Shown here piece by piece: positions 1 to 10,043 of a stretch of DNA of 57,213 nt. The stretch is from positions 1 through 57,213 of the forward strand of contig JBIIGI010000006.1 in NCBI GenBank assembly GCA_044236545.1, written 5' to 3'. A program made the position numbers and the translations under genes. Below the pieces are notes generated by a model that saw nothing but the letters and a program-made list of their open reading frames with translations, made no database searches and was not told the origin of the DNA. The stretch comes from Chthoniobacterales bacterium. GTDB lineage: Bacteria > Verrucomicrobiota > Verrucomicrobiia > Chthoniobacterales > UBA6821. Position 1 is the first letter of the stretch. Every line of letters begins with the position of its first letter.

Positions 1-169
1 AGGCCGTCCAGAGATTCTTAAGCCGTCCGGTGCAGACAACACCCTCTGCTTTGGCTCTTACCGTGGAAAAGTTGGGAACCAAAAGTGCCAGAAGTATTCC
101 CACGATCATGAGCACAACCACTGCCTCCAGGAGGGTGAATGCAGCGTATACTTTACGCATCCCCCTCAT
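1..169 (-). CDS. Prepilin-type N-terminal cleavage/methylation domain protein (partial, runs off the window start)
   Basis: Not in the ORF track. Manual translation MRGMRKVYAA|FTLLEAVVVLMIVGILLALLVPNFSTVRAKAEGVVCTGRLKNLW shows a basic leader, A|FTLLE motif, hydrophobic helix and the C-x-x-x-L-K pattern of PVC pilin-like proteins. Alternative start at 160. Confidence 0.85.
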   Translation of the reverse strand, partial: MRGMRKVYAAFTLLEAVVVLMIVGILLALLVPNFSTVRAKAEGVVCTGRLKNLWTA

Positions 170-187
170 CCTCTTATATTAATGATA

Positions 188-868
188 CTAATTTAGACGC
201 GATCCCTGAACAGATACCACGTAAGGGACAATAAAATTAGTGGGCGTATAGTCAATGTAACCGGGGGTGGGGGCCGCTGGGTTAGTTCCGGGAGGCACAT
301 TTGAGTAAGTTAATGTACTGAAACGGGCAGTTGCTTGACCTTGACCTGAAAAGATCTGATTGGGATACGAATTCTGCAATTTTGCTTGAAAAGTACCGTT
401 GCAGGAGTTTGAGGAAGAAAAATTGGTGACTCCCGACGAATATATGTATCCAACGATAAGTCCATTAGTATTTTGAATAGGTGTAGCTGTTAATGTAGGG
501 AGTTGGGTAATCAAAGCTCCGGCAATACCCGAATATGTTACGGCAATGGTCTGGGCGGGGGTGTTGATCGTTCCAACAGCCGATCCTATATACTGGATGC
601 CGTCTGCATAGACAGAGGCGATACCGCTATTGGTTGAACTGCTTATTGTGACATTGGTGGAACCGGTCGTGAATTGAACAACTCCAAGAAAACCGTTTGT
701 GCTTCTCAAAATAGCACTGAAACTTCCGGTGTTAGGAAAAAAAGTTCCATTACCGAAGGGATTACCGTTTTTATTGGAGGCCCCTGCCCGGAGATCGGAA
801 AGAGAGACAAAAGCGGTCGTCATCACTGCGGCCGCAAAAAACAATGGGGAGAATTTTTTGGAGATCAT
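188..868 (-). CDS. Secreted Ser/Thr/Asn-rich hypothetical protein
   Basis: ORF 188..967. Likely start is MISKKFSPLFFAAAV at 868, with a signal peptide and a promoter-like motif just upstream. The gene is visibly more AT-rich than its neighbours. Confidence 0.7.
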   Translation of the reverse strand: MISKKFSPLFFAAAVMTTAFVSLSDLRAGASNKNGNPFGNGTFFPNTGSFSAILRSTNGFLGVVQFTTGSTNVTISSSTNSGIASVYADGIQYIGSAVGTINTPAQTIAVTYSGIAGALITQLPTLTATPIQNTNGLIVGYIYSSGVTNFSSSNSCNGTFQAKLQNSYPNQIFSGQGQATARFSTLTYSNVPPGTNPAAPTPGYIDYTPTNFIVPYVVSVQGSRLN

Positions 869-874
869 GGGCAA

Positions 875-903
875 ATCACACCTCCCGGCGACCACAATGT
901 CAA
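875..903 (-). promoter_or_regulatory. Putative sigma70 promoter (TTGACA-17-TGTGAT), 6 nt before ATG 868
   Basis: Minus strand reads TTGACA ttgtggtcgccgggagg TGTGAT ttgccc ATG. Confidence 0.5.
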
Positions 904-1015
904 TCAGAAAGAACCTCTTGGGAACCGCAGCGGTTCCCTTAGAATGATGGAATCCCCGGACCGCCACACACCCTCACTCAATTCGGTCTCCATAGCGGAT
1001 ACTCGAGAAGGCGCA

Positions 1016-1558
1016 TCACCGTTCTTTCAGCGTCTCCAGGGCGTTCCGGACTTCCTCAGCGGCACCGCTGGTCTGGGCACTCAGGGAGGACCATGCGATT
1101 TTGCCGTCTTTTACGAGAAAGGACTGGCGCATGGACAGTCCCAGCACGGGGATCGTGGGCACACCGAAGGCCGCGGCGACCCTCCCGTCAGTGTCGGCAA
1201 TCAGGGTGAAGGGAAGCTTGCGGTTGGTCTGGAATTTCTTCTGCGCCTCAGAGTTGTCCTTGCTGACACCGAGAATCTGGAGACCGCTCGCCTGCAACCC
1301 CTCATAGGCATCCCGAAGCGAGCAGGCCTCGGCGGTGCATCCCGGGGTCTCGACCTTGGGGTAAAAAAATACCAACGTGATGCCTCTCGCATAGACATCA
1401 GGGAAGGAGACCGCGCGCCCATCCTGATCCGTGGCCGTGATGACGGGAGCCTGGGCGCCCGGAGCAAGAGGCGCGGCATGGAGAAAGGGTGAGAGAAGGG
1501 AGAAAATATTCATGGAGAGCAGGAAAATGAGGGGGCGTTTCATGGCATGATGGATCAT
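1016..1558 (-). CDS. bcp: Peroxiredoxin, BCP/PrxQ subfamily, with signal peptide
   Basis: FFYPKVETPGCTAEACSLRD motif (PxxxTxxC....C). Alternative start at 1543. Confidence 0.9.
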   Translation of the reverse strand: MIHHAMKRPLIFLLSMNIFSLLSPFLHAAPLAPGAQAPVITATDQDGRAVSFPDVYARGITLVFFYPKVETPGCTAEACSLRDAYEGLQASGLQILGVSKDNSEAQKKFQTNRKLPFTLIADTDGRVAAAFGVPTIPVLGLSMRQSFLVKDGKIAWSSLSAQTSGAAEEVRNALETLKER

Positions 1559-1647
1559 CTCTTACGATACTGTCATTCCGCCGATGAACAAGCGTGGAGA
1601 ACGTGACACTCCCATTGCGATTTGCCCCGTGATTCCCTAGAGACTAG

Positions 1648-2727
1648 GTGGTGAAGATTCCAGGACGCCTCTCCCTTGTCATCGCATCGGTGATGCTGTT
1701 GGCAGTCGCTTTCATCGCGGCGGCACTGCTCTTCAATTCGCGCACGGAGCGGCGTGAGGCATCCATCTTCACCCCCTCGCGCCCGCTGGAGGCGATCCTT
1801 CGCGAGGGAAAGTCGGTTTTTGTCTCGCCGGAATTCCTTGCTGCGATGCCCCCGGAGCACAGGCCTCTGGTCCCGACACCCGACGATGCCACCGCGGGAT
1901 CGCGACAGGTATCCACATTTTGGAAGCTCAACCGCCGGCAACACTATGCCGCGGTGCTGATCGGGGGCGCTGAGGTGTGGCGGGAGGTCGTGGAGTCGCT
2001 GCTTGATTCCCCGGCCTGGGTGCTCTCCGATGTCACGCCCAGCGGTTATCTTTTCAAGCCCGCTGGATCCCCTGCCTGGCACCTACCGACCCGGCAGGAC
2101 TATGAACAACGCTTCCCTGATCGGGGCGAACGTGCCAAGTGGATGATCCTCACCGCCGCGAACTTGGCCGCACTGGGTCGCCAAAGCGAGGCAGAACAAC
2201 TGCTTGCCATGGCTTCAGCCACCAAGAAACAAACTTCCCTGCTCCTGAGCACCCGGGCATCACTGGCTGCTTCGCGCGGTCATTGGGAAGAGGCCCAGTC
2301 CTTGGGATGGGCCTCCTTGAAAAACGACCGTGCCAACACGGCGGCCAGCGAGATCCTGATCAGGGCGCTGATCGAGTGCCGTCGGCCCGATGAGGCGCTC
2401 TCCCAGGCGAGACAGCTGTCGATCACCGTGAGCACCCCCTCGTCACTCTTCCTGCTTGCCCGCGCGGCCGATGCGGCCGGTTCGCGCGAGGAAGAGATCG
2501 ATGCCCTGGACAAACTCGTGAGCGCCATCAGGAAAAGAGGCGAACCCCTCGGCGCGAGCCTTACCTATCTTGGCCAGGCGAATGCAAAAACAGGCCGCAG
2601 GGGTGATGCCCTCCGGGCCTTTGAGGAGGCTCTCAAGGCACCTGAACTCACCGCTGAGCAGCGGAGCATGATCCGCGAACTCATGGATCATATTGCCGTG
2701 GAATCAGCTGATACCAACCACCAATAG
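1648..2727 (+). CDS. Membrane-anchored TPR-containing protein
   Basis: N-terminal TM/signal segment and C-terminal TPR-like helices (LTYLGQANAKTGRRGDALRAFEEAL). The last codons and the stop come from a MITE end. Confidence 0.75.
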   Translation: MVKIPGRLSLVIASVMLLAVAFIAAALLFNSRTERREASIFTPSRPLEAILREGKSVFVSPEFLAAMPPEHRPLVPTPDDATAGSRQVSTFWKLNRRQHYAAVLIGGAEVWREVVESLLDSPAWVLSDVTPSGYLFKPAGSPAWHLPTRQDYEQRFPDRGERAKWMILTAANLAALGRQSEAEQLLAMASATKKQTSLLLSTRASLAASRGHWEEAQSLGWASLKNDRANTAASEILIRALIECRRPDEALSQARQLSITVSTPSSLFLLARAADAAGSREEEIDALDKLVSAIRKRGEPLGASLTYLGQANAKTGRRGDALRAFEEALKAPELTAEQRSMIRELMDHIAVESADTNHQ

Positions 2728-2878
2728 GCACCATCCTTATCAGCTCGTTCTTTGGGCGTGTGGAGTTGTTGTCATCCCTCCGGTTATCATCTGATAGCCG
2801 TCGGTCTTCCTCCTAGCCACTCGCAAAAACTCCATCGCCGCTGAAGTCCGATTCTTATTTCCTATTGGGGCTTGGTAT
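2711..2878 (+). mobile_element. MITE family 1, copy 1 (imperfect TIRs ATACCAAccaccaatagg...cctattggggcTTGGTAT)
   Basis: Colinear with the reverse complement of 35952-36112. Has TIRs and an internal hairpin CGGTTATC-n4-GATAGCCG. Confidence 0.85.
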
Positions 2879-2971
2879 TAAAATGTGAATGCTGAAGGAG
2901 GCAAAAAGCAGTCTCCCATCCCTGCCACAATTCTTCCTTCATCCTTTCAGGTCTCCTGCTATTCTCCGGTG

Positions 2972-4714
2972 ATGAGCACTCGTAAAAATTCACCTGTCCG
3001 CACCGGCGGCAAATCCTCTGGCAAGACCGCAAAATCGATCGAACGCGCCTTTTCCTCCCTCGTGCTCGACGGTCCCAATCGCGCCGCCAGCCGCGCCATG
3101 CTTTATCCCGTCGGCTTCAGCGAGAAGGATTTTTCCAAGTCGATTGTCGGCGTCGCCTCGACCTGGAGCATGGTCACGCCATGCAACATGCACATTGACG
3201 GACTCGCCCGCGAATCGGCGCTTGGCATCGACAAGGCGGGGGGCAAAGCGATCATCTTCAACACCATCACAATCTCCGACGGCATCTCCATGGGCACCGA
3301 GGGGATGAAATACTCGCTCGTCTCCCGAGAGGTCATCGCCGACTCCATCGAAACGGTCACGGGCTGCCAGGGATTCGACGGACTGGTCGCCATCGGCGGC
3401 TGTGACAAGAACATGCCCGCATGCATGATCGCCATCGCCCGCCTGAACCGCCCGGCGGTCTTTGTCTACGGCGGCACCATCCTGCCCGGATGCCTCAACG
3501 GCAAACTCATCGATGTCGTCTCGGTCTTCGAGGCGGTCGGTCAGGAGGCCGCGGGCAAGATCACGGCGAAGGAGCGTCAGGCCGTCGAATCGTGCGCCAT
3601 TCCCGGACCGGGTTCATGCGGCGGCATGTACACGGCCAACACCATGGCCAGTGCCATCGAGGCGATGGGGATGAGCCTCCCAAACAGTTCCGCGCAGGCA
3701 GCGGTCTCCAGCCACAAGATCCAGGACTGCCGACAGGCAGGCGCGGCCGTGGTCAACCTCCTGAAGAGGGGAATCCGCCCCCTTGACATCATGACCCGCG
3801 AGGCTTTCGAGAACGCCATCACCGTCGTGATCGCCCTCGGCGGTTCCACCAACGCCGTCCTCCATCTTCTTGCCATCGCCCACACGGCCGGCGTGAAACT
3901 TTCCATCGACGACTTCACCAAGATCGGCAAACGGGTTCCCGTCCTCGCCGATCTCAAGCCGAGCGGAAAATACCTGATGTCCCAGCTCGTCGAGATCGGT
4001 GGCATCGTCCCCTTGATGAAGGACCTGCTCGCCGCCGGTCTCCTGCACGGCGACTGCATGACCGTGACCGGCAAGACGCTCCGGCAGAATCTTGCCGCAT
4101 TCAAGCCCTACCCCAAGGGGCAGCAGATCATCCGCCCCCTCTCCGACCCGATCAAGCCCGAGAGCCACCTTGTCGTCCTCAAGGGCAACCTCGCCCCGGG
4201 CGGCGCCATGGCAAAGATCTCCGGAAAGGAGGGCCTCCACTTCGAGGGGCGTGCGCGCGTCTTCGACGCTGAGGAACAGGCGCTTCAGGCCATCCTCGCA
4301 GGAAAAATCAAGAAGGGAGATGTCATCGTCATCCGCTACGAGGGACCCAAGGGAGGACCCGGCATGCGCGAGATGCTCTCGCCGACAAGCGCCGTCATGG
4401 GACTCGGTCTCGGCAAGGACGTGGCACTCATCACAGACGGACGCTTCTCCGGAGGCACTCACGGATTCGTGGTCGGTCACATCACTCCGGAGGCTTTCTC
4501 AGGAGGGCCTCTGGCACTTGTCAGGGAGGGTGACCTCATCACCATCGACGCCAAAAAACACACTCTCTCAGTGGCTATCAGCGCCGCGGAACTCGCCAAG
4601 AGGAAGAAGGCATGGAAGCAGCCTGCCCCCCGCTATCGGCGCGGTGTTCTGGCCAAATACGCCTCCCATGTCACCGACGCCTCCCACGGCGCCGTGACGG
4701 ATGCGGGGCTTTAG
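2972..4714 (+). CDS. ilvD: Dihydroxy-acid dehydratase
   Basis: Motifs [51 protein letters not shown] and [11 protein letters not shown] 2972 is preceded by TGCTATTCT. Confidence 0.97.
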   Translation: MSTRKNSPVRTGGKSSGKTAKSIERAFSSLVLDGPNRAASRAMLYPVGFSEKDFSKSIVGVASTWSMVTPCNMHIDGLARESALGIDKAGGKAIIFNTITISDGISMGTEGMKYSLVSREVIADSIETVTGCQGFDGLVAIGGCDKNMPACMIAIARLNRPAVFVYGGTILPGCLNGKLIDVVSVFEAVGQEAAGKITAKERQAVESCAIPGPGSCGGMYTANTMASAIEAMGMSLPNSSAQAAVSSHKIQDCRQAGAAVVNLLKRGIRPLDIMTREAFENAITVVIALGGSTNAVLHLLAIAHTAGVKLSIDDFTKIGKRVPVLADLKPSGKYLMSQLVEIGGIVPLMKDLLAAGLLHGDCMTVTGKTLRQNLAAFKPYPKGQQIIRPLSDPIKPESHLVVLKGNLAPGGAMAKISGKEGLHFEGRARVFDAEEQALQAILAGKIKKGDVIVIRYEGPKGGPGMREMLSPTSAVMGLGLGKDVALITDGRFSGGTHGFVVGHITPEAFSGGPLALVREGDLITIDAKKHTLSVAISAAELAKRKKAWKQPAPRYRRGVLAKYASHVTDASHGAVTDAGL

Positions 4715-4765
4715 GAAAGGATGAAGTCAGAAAGTTGAATGATGAAAGTCATTCAGCTTTACCAA

Positions 4766-4787
4766 CGGACTTGGGCAACCAAGTCCG
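4766..4787. terminator. Perfect hairpin between convergent ilvD and ppk2 (possible bidirectional terminator)
   Basis: CGGACTTGG-GCAA-CCAAGTCCG, a 9-bp stem with a GNRA loop. The U-tract is weak. Confidence 0.5.
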
Positions 4788-4844
4788 CATCATTTTCCGT
4801 ATCAGCGGTTCCACGGACCCTCGGTTAGCGAATCCGTCGGATGC

Positions 4845-5588
4845 TTATGCCAGTTTCCCAGCCTCAGGGAATTCCTTGGCGATGCGCTCGTAGACCGTCT
4901 TGGCGAACTGGACCCTTGCATACCACTTGTAGTCACCGGGGATCACTTTCCAAGGGGCGATATTCGTGGAGGTCTTCACGAACATCGCCTCCGCTGCGGC
5001 ATTGTGCTGACTCCACTTCCTGCGATTCCTCCAGTCCTCTCCGTTGATCTTCCAGTGCTTGTAGGGATCGGCGAGGCGTTGTTTGAATCGCTTGAGTTGC
5101 TCGGTCTTGGAGACCTGAAGGAATAGCTTGATCATGATGGCACCGCCATCGATGAGGGTGCGCTCAAAATCGTTGATCTCCCGAAAGGCCCTCATCCACT
5201 CGGCCTCGGTGGCGAACTTCTCGACGCGCTCAACGAGCACGCGACCGTACCACGATCTGTCAAAGACGGCGATCTGCCCAAGAGGGGGAAGCTTGTTCCA
5301 GAAACGCCAAAGATAATGCTGCTGGAACTCCTCGGGCGTCGGCTTTTGCGTGGAGTAGACCCTGATCAGGCGGGGATCGAGACGCTCGAGTGTGCGCTTG
5401 ATCGCTCCGCCTTTGCCCGCCGCATCGGGCCCCTCAATCACGATGACGACCGACCGCTTGCTCTCCTTGAGACGGAGTTGCAGGTTCAGCAGCCCGAGTT
5501 GGTATTTTTTCAGTTCACGCCGGTACTCCTCCTGGGGGATCGGGACATTCTGGTCGAGTGTGTCGAGGCGGAGTCTCTTGAAATTCAT
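4845..5588 (-). CDS. ppk2: Polyphosphate kinase 2 family protein (class II-like, single domain)
   Basis: Walker A EGPDAAGKGG, plus HYLWRFW and FDRSWYGRVLVERVE. Confidence 0.9.
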   Translation of the reverse strand: MNFKRLRLDTLDQNVPIPQEEYRRELKKYQLGLLNLQLRLKESKRSVVIVIEGPDAAGKGGAIKRTLERLDPRLIRVYSTQKPTPEEFQQHYLWRFWNKLPPLGQIAVFDRSWYGRVLVERVEKFATEAEWMRAFREINDFERTLIDGGAIMIKLFLQVSKTEQLKRFKQRLADPYKHWKINGEDWRNRRKWSQHNAAAEAMFVKTSTNIAPWKVIPGDYKWYARVQFAKTVYERIAKEFPEAGKLA

Positions 5589-5610
5589 CGGATGCAATGA
5601 CTGAAACACG

Positions 5611-5686
5611 AATCAGGAAATCAGGAAATCAGGAAAAGTGAGAGATCCGCACGATCCATCGAGAACTGTTCCCGAATTCCTGTTTT
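5611..5686. repeat. Octamer tandem (AATCAGGA)x3 with a degenerate inverted partner (TTCCCGAA TTCCTGTT)
   Basis: Read directly: 5611-5634 and about 5669-5686. Confidence 0.7.
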
Positions 5687-5700
5687 ACAACCGATGGTTC

Positions 5701-7794
5701 TTATCTCCCGATTGCATCCAACACGATCTTCTCGGTGAGAAGTTCCGGGAGGAGGATCGGATCGCTCCCCTTCCCAGCAGGATAGTAAACGACGAGCGGG
5801 ACGCCGACGCGGCCGAAGGACTTCAGGGCGGCGGTGATCGCGGGATCGGAATTCGTCCAGTCACCTTTCATGGCAGTGATGCCCTTCTCGCGGAGAAGGG
5901 AGCGAACCGCAGGCACATTGATCGCCGTCTTCTCGTTGAACTGACAGGTCAGGCACCACGAGGCAGTGAAATCGAGAAAGACCGGCTTGCCTTGCGCGCG
6001 AAGCGATTCAAGCGCTACAGACGAGTAAGGAATCCAGTCAATCCCTTCCCTGGATCCCGATGATGGGGAGAGAGGTTCGGATTCAAGGATCCTCTTGAGA
6101 AGCACGGGTGATGCGCCCCCTAGCAGGAGGATGATCAGGATGAGGGACACCCGGCGTAAGCCTGTAGAAGCCAAAGGGAGAGCTCCATAGACCCAGGCGC
6201 AGAAACCGAGAATCAGCAGGAGTGCGAGCAGTGCAAGCAGAGCCCCGCTTCCACGCTGGTTCTGGAGGACCCAAAGCAGCCAGATGTTGGTGGCCAGCAG
6301 GGGGAATCCCATGAACTGCTTCAGACGCTCCATCCAGGTTCCGGGCTTTGGGATCCACTTTCTCCATCCCGGACGGGCCGAGAGGAGAACGTAGGGGATG
6401 GACATGCCGAGCGCCACCGAGGCGAACATGGCAAGGATCACGGACGGACTCTGGCCAAACGCAAATCCGAGCGCGCTCCCGAGGAAGGGTGCCGTGCAAG
6501 GCGTCGCCAGCAGGGTGGCGAAGAGGCCTTGGAAGAAGGAAGCAACATAGCCGCCCCCTGAGCCTGCATGATCAAGCGAGGTGGCCGCCGACCCTGGCAG
6601 CGTGATCTCAAAGACTCCGAAGAGATTCATGGCGAAGAGAAAGACCAGCGCACTGAGTCCGACCACGAAGTAAGGACTCTGAAATTGGAAGGCGCCCCAG
6701 GTCACCTGCGAACCACCGGTCTTCAGGGCGATGACCAACACCCCGAGTCCTAGAAACCAGGTGAAGATTCCGGCTGCGAAGGCAAGACCGTGACGGAAGA
6801 TTCGCGAGGGCGATTCCCCGGCCTGCGCGATGAAGTTGAAAATCTTCAGGGAGATCACCGGGAGGACACACGGCATGAGATTGAGGATCAAGCCTCCGAG
6901 GAAGCCCGAGAAGAGAGCGGCCATGAGGACTCCCAAGGCAACGCCGCCGCTCTGGGTGGAAGACTGACCGCTCTCAACGATCTTGCTCTCTCCCCCTATC
7001 CACCATCCCTGTCTGGACGATCCGGTCTTCTCGACCAGCAATCCTTTGAAAGGGGCGGAACCATCCCAAGGGATGGAAAAGACGATGACGGTGCCTTTTG
7101 GGCCTTGGGAAGAAATCTGCGTCACGTGACCCGCCATCGTCCCTTCCGCAGGGTCGGGGTAGAGCTCGTAGGTCACGCCTGCCTGTCCTGCGAATGAAAC
7201 CAACTTGGTGCCGTTCTTACCGGAAACGGAAACGGGGAACGGCGGGCTTCCTGACTCAGGCCATTCACCTTTAGGCACAATAGCCTGTTGCCAAGATATA
7301 GATGTAGGACCATCCGTGGGGCCCAGCACCCTGAGTTGCACATCAGCCGATCCCGGGACGCAGAGTTCCTTGCAGGCGAGCCATGTGAGCGATGCCTTGA
7401 TTTCGAAGGTCTGATTCTTGGGAAGATCCTTGGGTGGCCTGATCACGGCCCGCAGAAGCTGCTGCTTCTCGTAGCCGTAGACAATCATGTCACCCGGTTC
7501 GGAGAACAGATGTGGAATTGCGAACTCGATCGGACCCGCCGTCCATCCATCGGGGAGATGCCATGTGACCTTGGGGGCAAGACCCGAGTCCCCGGGATAC
7601 TGCCAGTAGGTGTGAAAACCGCGCTGAAGATCGAGCACCACCGTGGCGATAAAAGGTTTCCCGGGAAGCAATGGCGCGGAAGCATCCGTCGCGATCCACG
7701 CTTTCACCCCCTCGCCCGTGCCGGCGAACAGAGCCATGTGGGGCAGGAAACACGCTGCCAGAACAAGACATAGAAACCTCTTCATGCCCTTCAT
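5701..7794 (-). CDS. dsbD: Thiol:disulfide interchange protein, DsbD family
   Basis: N-terminal HTYWQYPGDSG and CKELC, TM domain with LMPCVLPV and ATPCTAP, C-terminal thioredoxin WCLTC. Confidence 0.92.
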   Translation of the reverse strand: MKGMKRFLCLVLAACFLPHMALFAGTGEGVKAWIATDASAPLLPGKPFIATVVLDLQRGFHTYWQYPGDSGLAPKVTWHLPDGWTAGPIEFAIPHLFSEPGDMIVYGYEKQQLLRAVIRPPKDLPKNQTFEIKASLTWLACKELCVPGSADVQLRVLGPTDGPTSISWQQAIVPKGEWPESGSPPFPVSVSGKNGTKLVSFAGQAGVTYELYPDPAEGTMAGHVTQISSQGPKGTVIVFSIPWDGSAPFKGLLVEKTGSSRQGWWIGGESKIVESGQSSTQSGGVALGVLMAALFSGFLGGLILNLMPCVLPVISLKIFNFIAQAGESPSRIFRHGLAFAAGIFTWFLGLGVLVIALKTGGSQVTWGAFQFQSPYFVVGLSALVFLFAMNLFGVFEITLPGSAATSLDHAGSGGGYVASFFQGLFATLLATPCTAPFLGSALGFAFGQSPSVILAMFASVALGMSIPYVLLSARPGWRKWIPKPGTWMERLKQFMGFPLLATNIWLLWVLQNQRGSGALLALLALLLILGFCAWVYGALPLASTGLRRVSLILIILLLGGASPVLLKRILESEPLSPSSGSREGIDWIPYSSVALESLRAQGKPVFLDFTASWCLTCQFNEKTAINVPAVRSLLREKGITAMKGDWTNSDPAITAALKSFGRVGVPLVVYYPAGKGSDPILLPELLTEKIVLDAIGR

Positions 7795-8795
7795 GGTAAA
7801 GACTCTAGTCGATGTTCCTCCTGCTGTCTCCCAAAGACCCTGCGGATGACCTCCTCGATCGGCACCTCCTGCACCGAGAGGTCGATCACCTGACCACCCG
7901 AAAGGAGAGCCGTGCAGGCTTTGGGCACTTCGGCGCGGGGCACCTCGAGCTTCAAGCTGTGGAGATTGCGTTCTATCACGTTTCCGGGAGGGGTGAAGTG
8001 ATCGGGCAACGGAGCACTGAAATCGACCTCAATGATCTTGGTAAGGGTGAATCGGGCGACGACCTCTTCCAGCGGCCCGTCAAAGAAAATCCTCCCATGA
8101 TCAATCAGGATGACCCGCTCGCAGAGCTCCTCGATATCCTGCATGTAGTGACTAGTCAGGAGAGTCACGACTTTGTGCCGGCGGTTGTATTCACGCAGGA
8201 ATTCCCGGACTTTTTTCTGGCTGATCACGTCGAGACCGATCGTCGGTTCATCCAGAAAAAGAACCTTGGGACGGTGCATCAGCGCGGCGATCAGCTCCAT
8301 CTTCATCCGCTCACCCAGACTCAGTTCCCTGACCATGACACTCATCTTGTCGCGGACATCAAGCAACTCCGAAAGCTCCCCAACGGTAGCTTTGAATTCC
8401 GTTCTCCCTATCCCGTAGATCGCCCGGTTCAGTTCAAGGGACTCGCGTGCCGGAAGGTCCCACCAGAGGGCGTTCTTCTGCCCCATCAGCAGGGCGAACT
8501 GGCGCTTCAGCTCGATCGGACGCTTCGAGGGATTGTATCCCAGGACCGAGGCGCTCCCCGATGAGGGCTGAAGGAGTCCCGAGAGCATCTTGAGGACCGT
8601 CGTCTTCCCGGCGCCGTTGGGTCCCAGGAACCCCACGAACTCACCCTCCCCAACGGAGAAGTTCACCGAGTCGGCGGCCTTCGTCTCCGTGTACCCGCGG
8701 TGAAAGAGGCCCTTGAAGGCTCCAACAAGCCCCTCCTCCTTCCGGTAGGTGCGAAAGATCTTGGTGAGATCACGAGTCTGGATCACCTGGTTCAT
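7791..8795 (-). CDS. ABC transporter ATP-binding protein (ABC-2-like)
   Basis: GPNGAGKTT, LSLGERM, LFLDEPT and TSH motifs. Start is 8795 or 8837. No permease gene lies adjacent. Confidence 0.92.
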   Translation of the reverse strand: MNQVIQTRDLTKIFRTYRKEEGLVGAFKGLFHRGYTETKAADSVNFSVGEGEFVGFLGPNGAGKTTVLKMLSGLLQPSSGSASVLGYNPSKRPIELKRQFALLMGQKNALWWDLPARESLELNRAIYGIGRTEFKATVGELSELLDVRDKMSVMVRELSLGERMKMELIAALMHRPKVLFLDEPTIGLDVISQKKVREFLREYNRRHKVVTLLTSHYMQDIEELCERVILIDHGRIFFDGPLEEVVARFTLTKIIEVDFSAPLPDHFTPPGNVIERNLHSLKLEVPRAEVPKACTALLSGGQVIDLSVQEVPIEEVIRRVFGRQQEEHRLESLP

Positions 8796-8864
8796 GGGAT
8801 TGAAGAAATCCGGTTCGGAGCGCCTCCCCCTCGTCATCCAGCACCCACACCTTCCTCACAAAGA

Positions 8865-9893
8865 TCAACCATGGAGCGTTTCCTCATTTTTGGGTGCGAA
8901 GACCCAGGAGACTCCACCCGAGACCAGGAGTGCCGTGAGGATGATGGCAAGCGACCAGGATGTCGGAAAGCGCTCCTCGAAGTGATGGTCAAGCCACGCC
9001 ATCTTCACGCCGACAAAGCAGAGAATGAAGCCGAGTCCGTATTTCAGGTACTGGAAGCGCGAGACCATTCCGGCCAGAACGAAGAAGAGGGCCCGCAGTC
9101 CAAGAATGGCAAAGACATTCGAGGTGAAGACGATGAAAGGTTCCGAAGTGATGGCGAAAATGGCCGGAACGCTGTCGACCGCGAAGATGATATCGGTCAC
9201 TTCAATGACGACCAGTGTGACCAGCAGCGGGGTTCCGAACCAGCGCCCCTCATGACGGAAGAGGAATTTATCCCCATGAAGATTCGGTGAGATCGGCAAC
9301 AGGCGCTTGAGGATCCGGATGAGGATGTTTTTGGACGGATCGGGATGGCTTTCCGGGCCGAAAGCCACCTTGAAGCCGGTGAAAAGCAGAAACACCCCGA
9401 ACACCAACGGCACCCAGGAGATACCCATCAACACCGATCCGAGAGCGATGAAGATGCCTCGGAAGATGAGAGCGCCAAGAATCCCGTAAAAGAGGATGCG
9501 GTGACGGTACTTTTCCGAAACGGCAAAGAAGTCAAAGACGACGAGGAAGATGAAGAGATTGTCGACAGAGAGACTCTTTTCAACGAGATAGCCGGAGAGA
9601 AACTCGAGACTGCACCGTGTGGCGAGATGACGAGCATCGTGGCCGGCAAGCCTGGGATCGAGGGGAAACTTCCAGACTCCGTAGGCATATAATCCCGCAC
9701 AGAAGAGCAACGCCAGCGAGATCCAGACAACGACCGTGATGATCGCTTCCCGGTGACCGACAGCCTGCTCCCTCCCCCCCCTTCTGCGCATATCCAAGAG
9801 GAGACCGCCGATAATCATCAGGCAGAAGAGAATGTAGGCCCACCAGGTGGTTGCGAAAGGGAAGAGTTCGGGATGGTCCGTGCCTGCTGTCAT
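8865..9893 (-). CDS. TerC/Alx family metal homeostasis membrane protein
   Basis: GYLVEKSLSVDNLFIF, DIIFAVDSVPA and FTSNVFAILGLR motifs. ATG 9893 is preferred over GTG 10043. Confidence 0.92.
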   Translation of the reverse strand: MTAGTDHPELFPFATTWWAYILFCLMIIGGLLLDMRRRGGREQAVGHREAIITVVVWISLALLFCAGLYAYGVWKFPLDPRLAGHDARHLATRCSLEFLSGYLVEKSLSVDNLFIFLVVFDFFAVSEKYRHRILFYGILGALIFRGIFIALGSVLMGISWVPLVFGVFLLFTGFKVAFGPESHPDPSKNILIRILKRLLPISPNLHGDKFLFRHEGRWFGTPLLVTLVVIEVTDIIFAVDSVPAIFAITSEPFIVFTSNVFAILGLRALFFVLAGMVSRFQYLKYGLGFILCFVGVKMAWLDHHFEERFPTSWSLAIILTALLVSGGVSWVFAPKNEETLHG

Positions 9894-10043
9894 GGTCGAG
9901 AATTCAGGGATATCCGATGTATTGAATCCGGAATCATGAATCACAGGAAGGGAATTGAGGGTGGATCCTGGATAAAGCGAGGCGGGGCGAGTGAAGCACG
10001 GACAGTCCCGTCTGATGAACCGGAACGCATCTCGCGTCGGCAC

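Noticed and set aside
9894-10043. yybP-ykoY (Mn2+) riboswitch upstream of the TerC/Alx gene
   Set aside because: The expected GGGGAGUA-type core is not visible on the minus strand. A GGGGAGTAG at 26872 lies in a simple-repeat tract, not upstream of a transporter.
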